In this document: one piece after another, positions 48,304 to 61,294 of the stretch | How the letters are laid out: each line of letters opens with the position of its first letter | How positions within the stretch are numbered: position 1 is the first letter of the stretch | NCBI RefSeq assembly: GCF_018977255.1 | Contig: NW_024704742.1 | Coordinates: forward strand, 57,786,001 to 57,850,000 | Direction: 5' to 3' | DNA length: 64,000 nt | Origin: Callorhinchus milii | Taxonomy: Eukaryota | Translations under genes and position numbers: made by a program | Notes under the pieces: model-generated | The model's database searches: none | What the model was told of the DNA's origin: nothing | Seen by the model: only the letters and a program-made list of their open reading frames with translations

Positions 48304-49865
48304 GTGTACATGGATGAGTGACCAAACGTTTTTTGGAGGATGGATTATTATCCCTGGAAAGCAATCCGCAATTGACTCACAATCAGTGTCCTACTAACTG
48401 CTTGGTAAACAGAGGCATGTGCTGTAAGGAAACTTGCCCATGGTTTCGCCAAGCATGGGAATCAAACCAGGGTCCTCTTGCCCCTTGAACACTAGGTTAT
48501 GGGACTCCATAGCACTGCACTGTGATTCTCGAGACATCCTTTGAAATGAAGAGGCTTTATCAAATGCAAGGATTATTATAACAATGGAATCTAAAATAGG
48601 TGCTGCCTGCAGCAGGTATTATTGTTTCTTTGTTAGGCTACAGATTGAAAAACTACTTATTAAACATGAAGTTATCACTTCAGTCATCAAATGATGTGCA
48701 ACATATAGTGGGGGGGGGGGGTAGGGGGGGCATGGGGGCATGCACATCTTGGTGTCTTCAAGCACTGCAAGCCACAAAGTCCTGCAAATCTTGCAAGCAA
48801 TGTTCACACATACATTCAACGTCTCTACAGATTTTTTAAATTTTTCTCTGTTCCTCAAAGAATGAAAACTCTGATAGCAACAACAACTTGCATTTATATA
48901 GTGCTTTTCACGCAGGGTAGCAAGTCGCAGCATTTAAATATAGTTGCGACTGAAAGTTCAATTAATTTTCTACTTGCTTTTTCGTGATTTGTCTACCTTA
49001 ATTTGGAAAGCAAAGATTGGGTGGAAATATAGGTACCTGGACAAACTTTTATTTGGGGGGTTTAGAACCCCTAAAAATTGTGTTTCACATATGTATGCCA
49101 CCTACACATGCAAATTTCCCTGCGTCTTGTGTGGAAAGCGCGCTCTCTTCTTTGAAGGATACACTCTGCTTCCTGCTGTTTGTCTAGCTAGGATTACCCT
49201 ATCAGTTAGAACTTTGGCTTGCAGAGTTAACTGGTCTGCCCCTGAAAATTCTTGAAACTGCTTGGATTCCTTGGGACTGATCTTGTCAACCTCAATCTTT
49301 CCGACTGGTTTCTTATCTGGCTGAGCTGTGATCTTGTGTTATTCTGCAGATATTTAAATAACATTAGATTAAATAAACTAGCAGCAATTCAGCATTGAAA
49401 GAGAGTGTTAAGATAAGCAGAGGCAATATGAGAAAACAATCAAAGTAAAAAACACCAAATGCGATTATTCCCTCTCTTCCTACTTTTAGGTCCCTACTGA
49501 AGACCTTTCCTTTCGACCGAGTCTTTGATCACCTTCCTCCCCCTCCCATTGGCTTGGCCGCGGGATTCGTTACTGTGAAGCGCTCTGAGATGCCTTCCGG
49601 CATGGAGGGTACTACATAAATCCAATGTTGTTGTTGTTGTAGTCAGAGTTGATTAGAATTTAGTTACAAATAGGCATGGATGATGTAAAATGTCTAGTGC
49701 TTGAACTTTGTCTATTGGGTCATGCCTTAACCATATATGGGTAAAACAGATTAAGAATTGAGATATAAGACCTGTGCGCTTAGCACAAGAGAGTTAAAAT
49801 GAGGCAAGTAAAGGAATGAACAGGGACAACTCGCTTTCCAGAAGAACCGGATGCTACTGTTTTCT

Positions 49866-52666
49866 CCAACCGCTGTGGCGGTGGTGTAGCCCTTATCTCA
49901 AGGACACCATTTGCCCTATCCTCCTATTTCTCTGGCTCTTTCCCCTCTTTCAAGCACCTCACCCTCTCCCACCCCTCCTTCCTCTCGCTCAAAATCCTCC
50001 TCCTCTACTGGCCCCCTAAAACCTCTCCCACCTTCATCTCCGATATTTTGACACGTCTTACATCTCTCTGCCTCTGCTCTGATCACCTCATCAACCTGGG
50101 TGACTTCAAGCTGCACTTCATCCCCTCCTGCTCCATCTCCTCAGACTTCTCTTCCCTGCTCTCCTCGCTCAACTCTCCCTCCACATCAACTCCCCCACTC
50201 ACAGTCACGGCCACCCACTCGACTTCGTGATCACCCGGGGCCTCAGTGTCTCGGATGTCACTATCATCGACAAGGCCTTCTCCGACCACCACTTCATCTC
50301 CTTCATCATCTCCACCCCCCTCCCAACCTCCACCAGACCCACCACCATCTTCTACCGCCCCTGGAAGAAGTTACCCCCACAATCCCTAACTGCTGCCTTG
50401 GAGTCCTCTGAACTTCTATCCCTCTGGCCTTCAACCCTCACTGAACCCTCTTCTCCTCTCACCCTCCTCCACAACACCCTCTCCTCCACACTCGATGCTC
50501 TTGCCACCATCACCTCCCGTACTGTCTCCTACTCTCGCTCCTCCCCCTGGTTCACCACCAACCTTTGCTCACTGAAAAGCCAGGTGCGGGCCGCTGAACG
50601 GACCTGCGTCAAATCTGGCCTAACGGTCCACTGACAAATCTGGCTGGACCTCCTCAAAATCTACCGCTCCACTCTAGCCTCGGCCAAATCATCCTTCTAC
50701 TCCAGGATAATCCTGGAGGCGAAGAACAACCCCAGGCTACTGTTTTCTACCACATCCCGAATCCTCCGTCCCCCCCGCCACCCCGCGCAGGTCATCTCCT
50801 CCAACCTTCACTGCGAGGAGATGCTGGATTTCCTTGAATCCAAAATCAAGGGAATTCGCTCCGCGGTCACTTCCCCTCCAACATCCACCCACCCCCCCAC
50901 CCCCTCCCTCCCACACTCCGACTCCTACCCATCCTTCCCTACACACTTTCGTAGCTGTTTCCCCACCCTCTGTCACCAAACACATCCTATCCCTGAAACC
51001 CACCACTTCCTCCCTTGACCCCATCCCCACTCCACTCCTTATCTCCCAGCTCCACCTCCTTGCCCCACATATCACAGACATCGTCAACCTGTCCCTCTCC
51101 TCTGGCTCTGTTCCCATTCCCTTAAAAACTGCCACCATCACTCCCACCTTGAAAAAACCCTCCCTTGATGCGTCGCAGCTATCAAGCTACCGGCCCATCT
51201 CCAACCTCCCCTTCCTGTCCAAGGTCCTGGAACGAGTTGTCGCCTCCCAGCTGCGCTCTTTCCTCTCCACCCATTCATTATTCGAACCCCTTCAGTCGGG
51301 TTTCCGTGCTGCCCATAGCACAGAAACTGCCCTGGTCAAGGTCACCAATGACATCCTGACCATCTGTGACCAGGGCTCCCTCTGCCTCCTCGTCCTCCTC
51401 GACCTATCGGCAGCATTCGATACGGTCGACCATGCTATCCTCCTCCACCGCTTGTCTTCCCACCTCAACCTTCAAGTCCCTGTCCTTGAGTGGTTTAGGT
51501 CGTACCTCTCCCACCGTCTTTACTTTGTTTCCACGAATGGCTTTTCCTCCATCCCCCGCACTGTCTCGTGCGGTGTCCCTCAGGGCTCTGTCCTCGGTCC
51601 CCTCCTCTTCACCCTCTCTATGCTCCCCCTTGGTGACATCATCCGCAGACATGGGGTTAACTTCCACATGTATGCGGATGACACCCCACTCTACCTTTCC
51701 TCCTCTACCCTCAACTCCACGACCACCGATGTCCTGACAGCTGCCTGTCCGACATCGAGTCCTGGACGAGAGACAACTTTCTTCAGCTCAACGTGCGAAA
51801 AACTGAGGCCCTCCTGATTGGCTCACGTCAGCGCCTCCGCACCTCAGGCGCTGACAGCATCAGCATCCAAGGCTGCACTCTCCACCTCTCAAAGCCAGTC
51901 AGGAACCTCGGGTTCTGTTCGACCCTGAGCTGTCCTTTCTCCCCCATATCCGCGCCACAACTGGCACCGCCTTCCATCACCTCCGGAATATCGCCAGACT
52001 ACGGCACTACCTCACCCCTCACGCTGCTGAAACTCTGGTCCACGCCTTTATCACCTCAAGGCTGGACTATGGGAACTCTCTCCTCGCCGGCCTTCCCGGC
52101 ACCTCCCTCCACAAGCTGCAGGTCATTCAGAACTCTGCAGCTCGTGTACTGTCCCGCACCAGGCTTCGCGACCACATCACTCCCACCCTCGCTCGCCTCC
52201 ACTGGCTCCCCATCCCCCAGAGGATCGAATTCAAGATCCTCATCCTCACCTACAAGGCCATTCACGGCCTCGCTCCCTCCTTCCTCTCTGACCTACTATC
52301 CCCCTACCTACCTGCCCGTACCCTCTGTTCCTCTGGCTCCAGTCTGCTCCACATCCCCCGCCCCAACCGCCCTACCATCGGTGGTCGGGCCTTCAGCCTC
52401 TCATCCCCTAAGCTCTGGAACTCCATCCCCCAGTGCCTTCGCCGCCTCCTCCCTTTCTTCCTTGAAAGCCGTTCTCAAGACCTTTCTCTTTGACCGGGCC
52501 TTCAGCTCCCCTCTTGACTCTCTACCCCCTCCTCGCTCCCTCCCTTCCCTCCCCTCACCCTGACCATTTCCCCCCTGCTCGGGTCCTGACCCAACTGTAC
52601 AGTGTCTTGGGACGTCCTCCCGATGTGAAAGGCGCTCTATAAGTGGAATCTTGTTGTTGTTGTTGT
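49866..52666 (+). mobile_element. L2 copy C, 5'-truncated, young
   Basis: ORF 50834-51817 with RT motifs including MYADDT; very similar to A and B; stem-loop plus (TTG)n tail. Confidence 0.93.
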
Positions 52667-52804
52667 TCTCTGTAAAACTACCACTTTAATCTTTGTGTAG
52701 GTTATCTTTGTGTTTGTTGGCTGAATATAATAAATAATAAATAAAATTGCTTGTAAAAAATGCACCAATATTTTGGTAGTCTCTTCCGAATCTCTCTGAT
52801 TTAC

Positions 52805-54501
52805 ACGCTTGCCTGGATTAAGTCCTACTTAATTAACCACCATCACTTTGTCTCCACAAACATTTTCTCCTCTCGCTCCTCTCAGTCACCCCAGGGCTTC
52901 ATTTTTGGCCCCCTTCTCTTTCTCATCTATATGCACCCTCTTGGCAATGTCATCGACAGACATGAGTTAAACGTCCACATGTTTGCGAATGACACCCAAA
53001 TCTATTTCTCCTCAACCAGCTGCAACTCCAGGTCCGCTGATATTCTGTCAGCTTGTCTGTCAGACATCAAGGTGTGGATGAATGCAAACTTCCTGCAGCT
53101 GAACATCGACAAGTCGGAAGCCATAATCCTTGACTCCCGTCAATGTCTTCTGTCCTGTGGATCTGACCTCCTCAAGTTCCTCGGCCTTTCTCTAAGACTT
53201 GTACATAATCTAGGCATTCGATCGTCAGATATCCTAGCCCCCCAAATTCGGATCCTAACCAAGACCACTTCCTCTACTTCTTGTCACTGATCCCCTCACT
53301 CGCCTACAAATCCTCAGAGGATAGAATTCAAAATCCCCATCCTCGCCTTCAAAGGCACTCCACTGCCTTGTCACTTCCTACCTCTGTGAACTGCTAACCC
53401 CATATCAACCTGTCCACTCCCTCCACTCAGCAGCCTCCAGAATGCTCCATGTCCTCCATCTGGCCCACCCCACCATCGGCAGTCAGACCTTCAGCCAATC
53501 TGCCTCGAGTCTTTGGAATTCCATCTTTCCATTCCTTCACCTTGTTCCCTCCTTTACCTCCTTCAAGGCCTTCTCAAGACCCGCTTCTTCAGCCGTGCAT
53601 TTGATCACTCTCCTACCCCTAGCCGCCCTGCCCTCCACCCCTCCTGATCCCAACCCCCAACTCAAGTCCAATGGTACAATTATACAACTAAATGGTAGAA
53701 TTTAAAGGGGTGCAGGAACAGAGAGACCTGGGGGTTAATTTATACAAATCTTTGAAGGTGGCAGGACAAGTGGATACAGCTGTTAAAAAAAACATATTGG
53801 ATCCTTGGCATTATAAATAGAAGCACAGAATACAAAAGCAAGGAAGTAATGCTACACATTTATAAATCACTGGCGAGGCCTCAAAAATGGAGTACTGTAT
53901 CCAATTCTGGGCACCAACCTTTCGGAAGGATATCAAGGCCTTGGAGAGGGTCCAGAGGAGATTTACAGAAAGGTACCAGGGATGAGGGACTTCAGTTATG
54001 TGGAGAGACAAAAGAAGTTGGGATTGTTCTCCTTAGAGCATAGAAGGTTACGGGGAGATTTGATAGAGGTATTCAGAATTATCAGGAGTTTTGATAGAGT
54101 ACATAAGAGGAAACAATTTCCACTGGCAGATGGATCGGTAACTAGAGGAGACAGATTTAAGATAATTGACAAAAGAACCAGAAAGGTGATGAGTAGATTT
54201 TATTTTTACGCAGCGAGTTGTTATGATCTGAATGCATTGCCTGAAAGGGTGGTGGAAGTAGATTCAATAATAAACTTTCAAAAGGGAATTGGATATGTAC
54301 TTGAAAATAAATAATTGCTAGGGTTTGGAGGTTTGGACTGATTGGATAGCTCTTTCAAAAAGCTGGCACAGCCATGATGGACCAAATGGCCCCCTTCTGT
54401 GCTGTAGCATTCTATGATTCTATCAAATCCTTGACTGTCCAGCGCCTTGGTATGTCCTCCCGATGCGAAAGGTGCTATAGAAATATAATTTGTTGTTGTT
54501 G
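52805..54501 (+). mobile_element. Degraded L2 3' sequence with a CR1 (about 53671-54423) inserted in its 3' UTR
   Basis: PQGFIFGPLLF, MFANDTQIY. CR1 part: LGLFSLEHRRLRGDLIEVF with an attctatgattctat tail. The L2 tail resumes at about 54424. Confidence 0.8.
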
Positions 54502-54919
54502 ACTGATACATGCGTAATCCCATCACCATGGTCAACACTGTTCCTGAAGTAAGATTACAAACACTGTAAATTTCCCATTCCTGCACATGCAACTATGATG
54601 ACTTTGTCTTACAGGGTTAACAAGAGCTAAGTGGCTAAGAATTTATGCCCCTTATGGTTTGTCTGTCTCTCCAATTCTTGCTGATAAACCAGCCAGGCTG
54701 GTTTGTCATAAACTGTGCTTGGAGTACTGAAGACTGCCAAGACAGGGGAATGTATTGATTTTGATACTTTATTCTCAAGTAGACCCAGCTCAGCTCCAAG
54801 CAGACCCCGATTGCCTAATCCGCCAATATTTACTGACAGATATTTACTGACCTCTGACTTGCACTGAGTAAATATTTTTCCTGAATCTCCAAGTTGATAA
54901 TAACATTCACAATTCTTAC

Positions 54920-55297
54920 CTGAGAGACAATAGTAGAGATGTACCTGTCAGTGCTGTACTCCCAGCCATCCACACAGGGCTCAGTCTCACGTGTTGTGTC
55001 ATTTAAACCGTCTGTTACAGGAGTTTTGTATCTTCTACATTGACTGTAGATCATCTCACCATCCACCTCCTCTACAGGCAGCAGTGAACTCAGATTGGCT
55101 TCTCCAGTGGTTCCGTTCAGAGAGTTAGGCAGACGGCAGTGATGCTGAGGGATGTCTGCCAGAAACACCATGGACAGACCCACATAACCATTTGGGATGA
55201 TGGTCACACTTAACAAAAGGAAAACAGTTTTCTGGAAGGGTCCCCACTCTCCCAGAAAATCAGTTGCTTCACCATAATCTTGCATATTCTTTTCCAT
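54920..55297 (-). CDS. SLC22A5: SLC22A5-like coding exon 1 (378 nt)
   Basis: MEKNMQDYGEATDFLGEWGPFQKTVFLLLS...PCVDGWEYSTDRYISTIVSQ. In-frame TAA just before the ATG; donor CAG|gtaaga. The second Met (55285) matches the usual MRDY start. Confidence 0.93.
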
Positions 55298-58037
55298 TTA
55301 CCAAATTATAACCTTTCTTGTACACTCAATGCTTAACTTTCCAATGTGTGCTCTTTGGAAACAAAAAAAAGTTTCATCCAGTATTCTGATAAATTCAGTT
55401 CAAAGTGTTGTAGTTCTTGCTTCGGTGAGAACAAATAAATTATATGAAGCACAATATTAGGAAGTTTGAAGATCAATTTGAAAATGAGTCTTCGTATCAC
55501 ACAGTAATACCTGTACCTAGTGTATGAGTCAATAGACCAACCAGATCTGTGTTTGCAATGTGGCTGTGTGAGTTCATTCGATATCTGGAAAAGAATCTGA
55601 AAACTACAAGGCACTTATTTCTAAAGCTGTACACTCCCCTAAGATTTATAGAGACTTGATTGGTCCCTGTTTTGCCCAAAATGTTTCCGCCCAATTTTTA
55701 AACAACTGCAAGGACTGCTGACAGTCTAATTGCTGAAACCATATGCAGTGGGAAGGACAATCTCTACTGGTTCAATACTTCACAGTGCACACTTAGAGTC
55801 ACAATAAGTGCTATCTATTCTTTTCTTTGATCTGCTTTTGTAATTTTTCCTTCATTCTCAAATATCATCATGCTCAATCTTCAGTTGTGTAAAACATTTG
55901 AACTTGTCACTTATATATCCATTCACATACACTCAGACAGACAAATGTATCTCATCAAAGTTTTATTTTCATGTTATTGTTTTTTTGGTGAGCCAGGTGT
56001 TTGACACATACAGAAACCTAATTCAAGAAAGTATTAGGAGCACATTGGCAAGAGACAAGGCATGGGGACCCCAGAGTGTTACTAATGGAGTCTAACCAGC
56101 TAAAACCACATGGCTTACCATTAAAAGCACCTAGCTGGCAAAATTTCCACTACTTGTCCAGCTAGGTCCATCCTACCCATTAGGGCTTTGGCTTGCAGGG
56201 CTAACAGGAACTGAATGGGAAGTGGCCCTGCCTCCATTGACTGGTCTGCCCTGCCAAGTCCTGCAGATGAGCCAGGCTGGTTGTGCTGTCATCTACTGAG
56301 GACTCGGCTGGCTCAGGAACTGGACTCAGGATCAGCCAAAGTGAACAACATAGGAACAGGAGTAGGCCATTTAGCTCCTTGAGCTTGTTCCACCATTCTA
56401 TGGAATCTGAGTTATCTGTTGTCTACAATAACTACTTGCATTTATATATGACCCTTCATGCGAGTGGTGTCTGGGAGTACTTAAAACTTCAGCATCCACA
56501 TGTATCAACTACAGAATACACTCCGGATTAACTTACATTTTACACTGTCTGCTCCCATCTTTGTAAAGTGTAGGAGCTCAGAACTCCACAATAGAATTCA
56601 AAATACATTGGGGGGAGGGGAAGCAATTGCACACCACTCTTCTTTTACTCCTGCCCACTATGTGATTTTCAAATCTGCAAGATAACTAATGCTTTACAAC
56701 TTTTTAACTGTGAGCCATGGATTTCAAGATATGTGTGAAGATGACCAATTTTATATAGTGCCTTTTAATGGCAAAATATCTCAAAGCGGTTCTGTGTTAA
56801 CCATGAAGTACATGACGTATGACCTGGGCCAATAGAAAAGGGCAGAAATATTTGCCCCAAATTGCAGGACATTGGACAACTTTTGCGCAAAATCACAGAG
56901 ATGTTTGATAAATATTGCAGAGAATTGCGGAGGCTTGATTGGTGCAATTGAGAGATGCATTTTAGGAAACAACCTGGATTAAAACTATAGGCATATGTTT
57001 CCTGAACATGTGGTTGTGTTTAAAATGCTAAAAATATCAATTTGAATAGTACAGCAATTACCAAGAATTGGTTCCAGGAACTCAGTTTAGGCTGCGTGAG
57101 CTGGGCAGAGCCGGTTTTCTGCTTGCGACGCTTCTGCAATCCCAACATTCCCTGTCCCACACATGTGCGACCGGAGCTGCTCCACCCTCAGCAACAACAT
57201 CGAGCAAACAGTGCGAGAGGCCTGTCGACTAGCACACTTTGTGTACAGGTGTGTAGTGGGGCGTAGCACACTGCGTGTCCTGGCATTTAAATTAGATCCC
57301 ATGGGAAAAGTGCAGTTGCACTTTTCTCATGACTTAAATACAAGCTCACATTTCATTGTGAAATCTGCACAGACATGTTCATACCACTCTCATATGTTTG
57401 GCATTAGAAAACATTGTGCAACCTATATTTAGTAATCCTTCATTTAAAATGTCAATAAACATTTGAACCTGCTCTGCTCTATAGTATGGAATTACAATGA
57501 TTTACAAAGAATGTACAGCTTGGACACAGGCTACTTGGCCCAATCAATAAATGCATTTCACATGAGCCACCAACCATTTCTCCCTCCCTCCCACACCCTT
57601 CTATTCCATTCTCCCTCACTGTTCCTCTTGAGTGATTGTATACTATCTGATTCAATCATTGCTTCAGGCAAATTCCACAATTTCACTATCCTCTGCATGA
57701 AGTAATTCCTCATAAATTCTCTCGTACATCCCCTAGTTGTGATCTTATATTTGTGTCCCTTGGTTAGAGATGCCCCAGCAGTGGAAACACCTCATTTATG
57801 TTAACCTTATCAAACCAGTTTATAATTTTAAACACTTCGATTAAGTCCCCACTTAAACATTTCTTCTCTACTGAAATAAATGCCTAACCTACCCAGTCTG
57901 TCTTGATACTGTAGTAGTTACCTGCCGCCTGATATAATCCTCATAACCTACCAGAAATCCTATCCATAATGCTTGCATTGTAATCACACTCAGCCATGTG
58001 TTTTGGAAGATTAAGAACTTTAGGGTGGGACAACATG

Positions 58038-58340
58038 ATGGAGTCCTGTACCTTCGTGGTTAAAGCCTCTCGCCTCCCAAGCGAGAAGACCTTGACTTGA
58101 TTCCCAGGCAGAGCAAGACGTTGGTCAAGTTTCCTTACTCCACATGCCTCTGCTTACCCAGCAGTAAGTAGGAACCCGATTATTAGTCAACTGGCAGATC
58201 GCTTTTCCGAGGGTAATAATCCCTTAAAAGAGAAATTTTGGTCACTCAATCCACAACTGTTTGTGGGTCACTGCTGTGCGCAATTGGCTGCCACGTTTCA
58301 CCCACAAAATATACAATCAATTCACTTTACAGTACATTCC
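58038..58340 (+). mobile_element. tRNA-derived SINE, long form, tail missing
   Basis: ggagtcctgta...ccttactccacatgcctctgcttacccagcagtaagtagg...caattggctgcc. Confidence 0.8.
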
Positions 58341-59454
58341 ACACATACTTACTTGTTCCACCCTCTGTAAAATTATTCTGGTTTAACCTCTTTCTCGCTT
58401 TGTCTCCTCCTCCCCCTGCACACACACACTCACGTGCACACCACACACCCACTCAAGCACTAGATTGTGTGAAATTCTTAACCATATCAAATAGGTTATT
58501 TGACTTCATTTTATCCAATAGCATTAAGAATCTTCAATAAGATCACCCCATATTCTATTGTGTCAGTAATGCTGGTATCTCTTCACAAGTCAGGTTGCTG
58601 ACCTCATAAATCAATTGGTCTGCAGTTGTTGTACCCTCTCCAGACAACTGATATCTAAAGACATCTATGATTAAGGAATAAGGGAAAGGATAATAATAAT
58701 ACTTACATTTAGTATAGTGCCTTTCACGTCAGAAGTATGTCCCAAAGTGCTTCAAACTGTACTGTAATGTACTGTACTGTAAAGTGCAGTGACTGATTTT
58801 TATTATGGCTGAACCCTGCAGGCAATTTTGAGCACAGCAACAGCCCACAAACAGGCTTCTAAATGAAGTCTGAACTTTTTCACAATCTTAAATTTTAAGA
58901 GAGTGGTTCTAGAAATAAAACAGGGTGGATTTTCATGCTTCTGAAATAAAACCAGATGTCATTTTGGTTGCAATCTTATTTCAGGGACAGAAAGTTGTGC
59001 TCTCAAGCTTCACATCAGAATTTGAGCATACAATCTAGGCTGATGAGATTGTATTGAAGTTCAGCAATGGAAATATATCTGTTTCATAATTATGTGGTAA
59101 ATTGGTAATGAGGTCAACTTCCACATGTATGCGGATGATACCCAACTATACCTCTCTGTCTCCACCCTTGACTCGAGATTACCAATTGTATTCATAATTA
59201 TGAAATAGGCAAATTATTTTGTGGTTTGACAATTGAACAATTTTTGTCACATCCAAATTGTAAAGCTACCATTGGGCCTCAAACTAAGATGTCGTGGCCC
59301 TCAAGTCAAACGTGAAACTGACTCACACTTTCCAAACTAAATTCGCTGATCTTACATTCCCCTAAAGAAAGGAAACATTAACCTGATCAGCCTGTGCTAA
59401 ATTTAAATTCAGGTTTTAAAGGTAAAAGACAACAGAAATAACATGTTTACATTT

Positions 59455-60600
59455 CGAGTTGTTGCTTCCCAGCTTTGCTCCTACCTCTCCCGCCAATCCT
59501 TTCACGAACCCCTCCAATCAGGTTTTCATGCTGTGCACAGCACAGAAACAGCTTTTGTCAAAGTGACAAATTACATTTTGTCCATTTGCGACGAGGGCTC
59601 CCTCTACCTCTTTGTCCTCCTTGACCTCTCTGCTGCCTTTGACACCGTTGATCACTCTATCCTCCTCCACTGCCTCTCCTCTCACTTCAACCTTCAATGG
59701 TTCAGATTGTACCTCTCACACCACTTCCACTTCATCTCCACAAACGGCTTCTCCTTTAAAGCCCCCACACGGTCTTGTGAAGTGTTCCTCAGGGCTCTGT
59801 TCTTGGTCCTTTCCTCTTCAATATCTATATGCTCCTTCTTGGTGACATCATCCGCAGACATGGGGTCAACGGATGACACCTCTTTGCCTCCACCCTTGAC
59901 TCTAGGACCGGTGCTGTCCTGACAGAATATCTGACAGACATCAAGTCCTGGATGACAGCTAACTTTTCACCATTGAATGTAAACAAGACTGAGGCCCTTC
60001 TGATTGGCTCCCGTCAGCTCCTCCACACATCAGGCACTGACAGCATCACCATCCATAGTTGCACACTACACCTCACTAAGCCAGTCCGGAACATTGGCGT
60101 CTTGTTTGACTTTCAATTATCCTTTCTTCCCCACACCCATGCCACGACCCCCTCTGCCTACCTCCACAACATCACTCAGTTTTGCCATTGCTTCACCCTT
60201 CAGGCCACTGAAACCCTTATCCATGCATTTATCACATCTGGGCTTGACTACACCAACTCCCTGCTTTTCAGCCGTCCCAACTCCTCCTTCTACAAGCTGC
60301 AAATCATCCACAACTCTTCAGCTTATGTCCTCTCCTGTACCAGGCTCCATGACCCCATAACACCCTCCCTCGCCTGGTTCCATTGGCTCCTCATTCCCCA
60401 AGGATAGAGTTCAAAATCCTCGTCCTTGCCTTCACGGCTCTCCATGGCTTTGCCCCTCCCTACCTCTCCAACTTACTGACCCCATATCAACCTGTCCACT
60501 CCCTTCGCTTAGCAGGCTATTGCCTGCTCCACGTCCACTACCTGGCTTGCCCCACCATCGGCGGTCAGACCTTTCTGGCCCACCTTTTGGAACTCCATCG
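59455..60600 (+). mobile_element. L2 3' fragment
   Basis: [41 protein letters not shown]. Confidence 0.85.
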
Positions 60601-60714
60601 CACATTACATTTGACTCATTCAAGGAGTATCTCTAAAATTCAAATTCTGCTTCCAGAATTAAAAAACAGAGTCAACTGGCTTCCCACAGGCTGGTAAATT
60701 TTTTTTTTTTTTTA

Positions 60715-61033
60715 AAAAATAAATAAATAAATAATTCTTGCATTTGATATAGCGCTTTTCACATCTTTTGTACATCTCAAAGCGCTTCACAGAATATACT
60801 GTAAAGTGACTTGACTCTATATTTGTGAGCAAAAAACGGCAGCCAATTGTGCACAGCAGTGTCCCACAAACAGTCCTGCAATGAAGTGACCAATTTATTA
60901 ATTGTTTTTTTTGAGGGATTATTATCAAGCATGTGGAGTAAGGTTTTGGCCATGGTTTTGCCCTGCCAGGAATCAAACCCAGGTCTCTCGCTTGCAAGGT
61001 GAGCGCTCTAACCGCAGAGCTACAGGACTCCAC
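60715..61033 (-). mobile_element. tRNA-derived SINE, short form
   Basis: Reverse complement runs from head (gtggagtcctgtagctc) to tail. Confidence 0.85.
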
Positions 61034-61294
61034 AAAAACAAATAGTATGAAGCCAATATGTGGGTGTCAGAAGAAGGGGTTGTCGCACTACCATTCTTAA
61101 AAGATAAATGGAAATAAAATACATTGCAAAACAGATTTGATGCAATAATTCTCACTTTCACTTTGTTAGTGAAATATCGCCTGGTTCACCCATCATCTTA
61201 GAATTAGAAATCATGCAATAGTTTGGAATGTTCTTGAATTAAGTTATAATTCTAAATCCTACAAAGCTATTTTTACAGCTTCTCTGAATAATGC

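Larger units (their letters stand above)
12292..55297 (-). other. SLC22A5: Gene span: OCTN-type organic cation/carnitine transporter (SLC22A4/SLC22A5-like), 9 firm plus 2 probable coding exons, about 569 aa
   Basis: Exons join in frame at GT-AG junctions. Exons 2-4 and 6-9 are 104/155/172/101/215/183/136 nt, the sizes I recall for human SLC22A5. Motifs: [42 protein letters not shown]22A4 versus SLC22A5 orthology cannot be resolved by eye. Confidence 0.9.

Noticed and set aside
58915..59005. Short imperfect palindromes (also near 6910-6990, 25215-25355 and 49045-49080)
   Set aside because: Arms are short and AT-rich with no clear TSD; they may be old MITE remnants but cannot be supported by eye.
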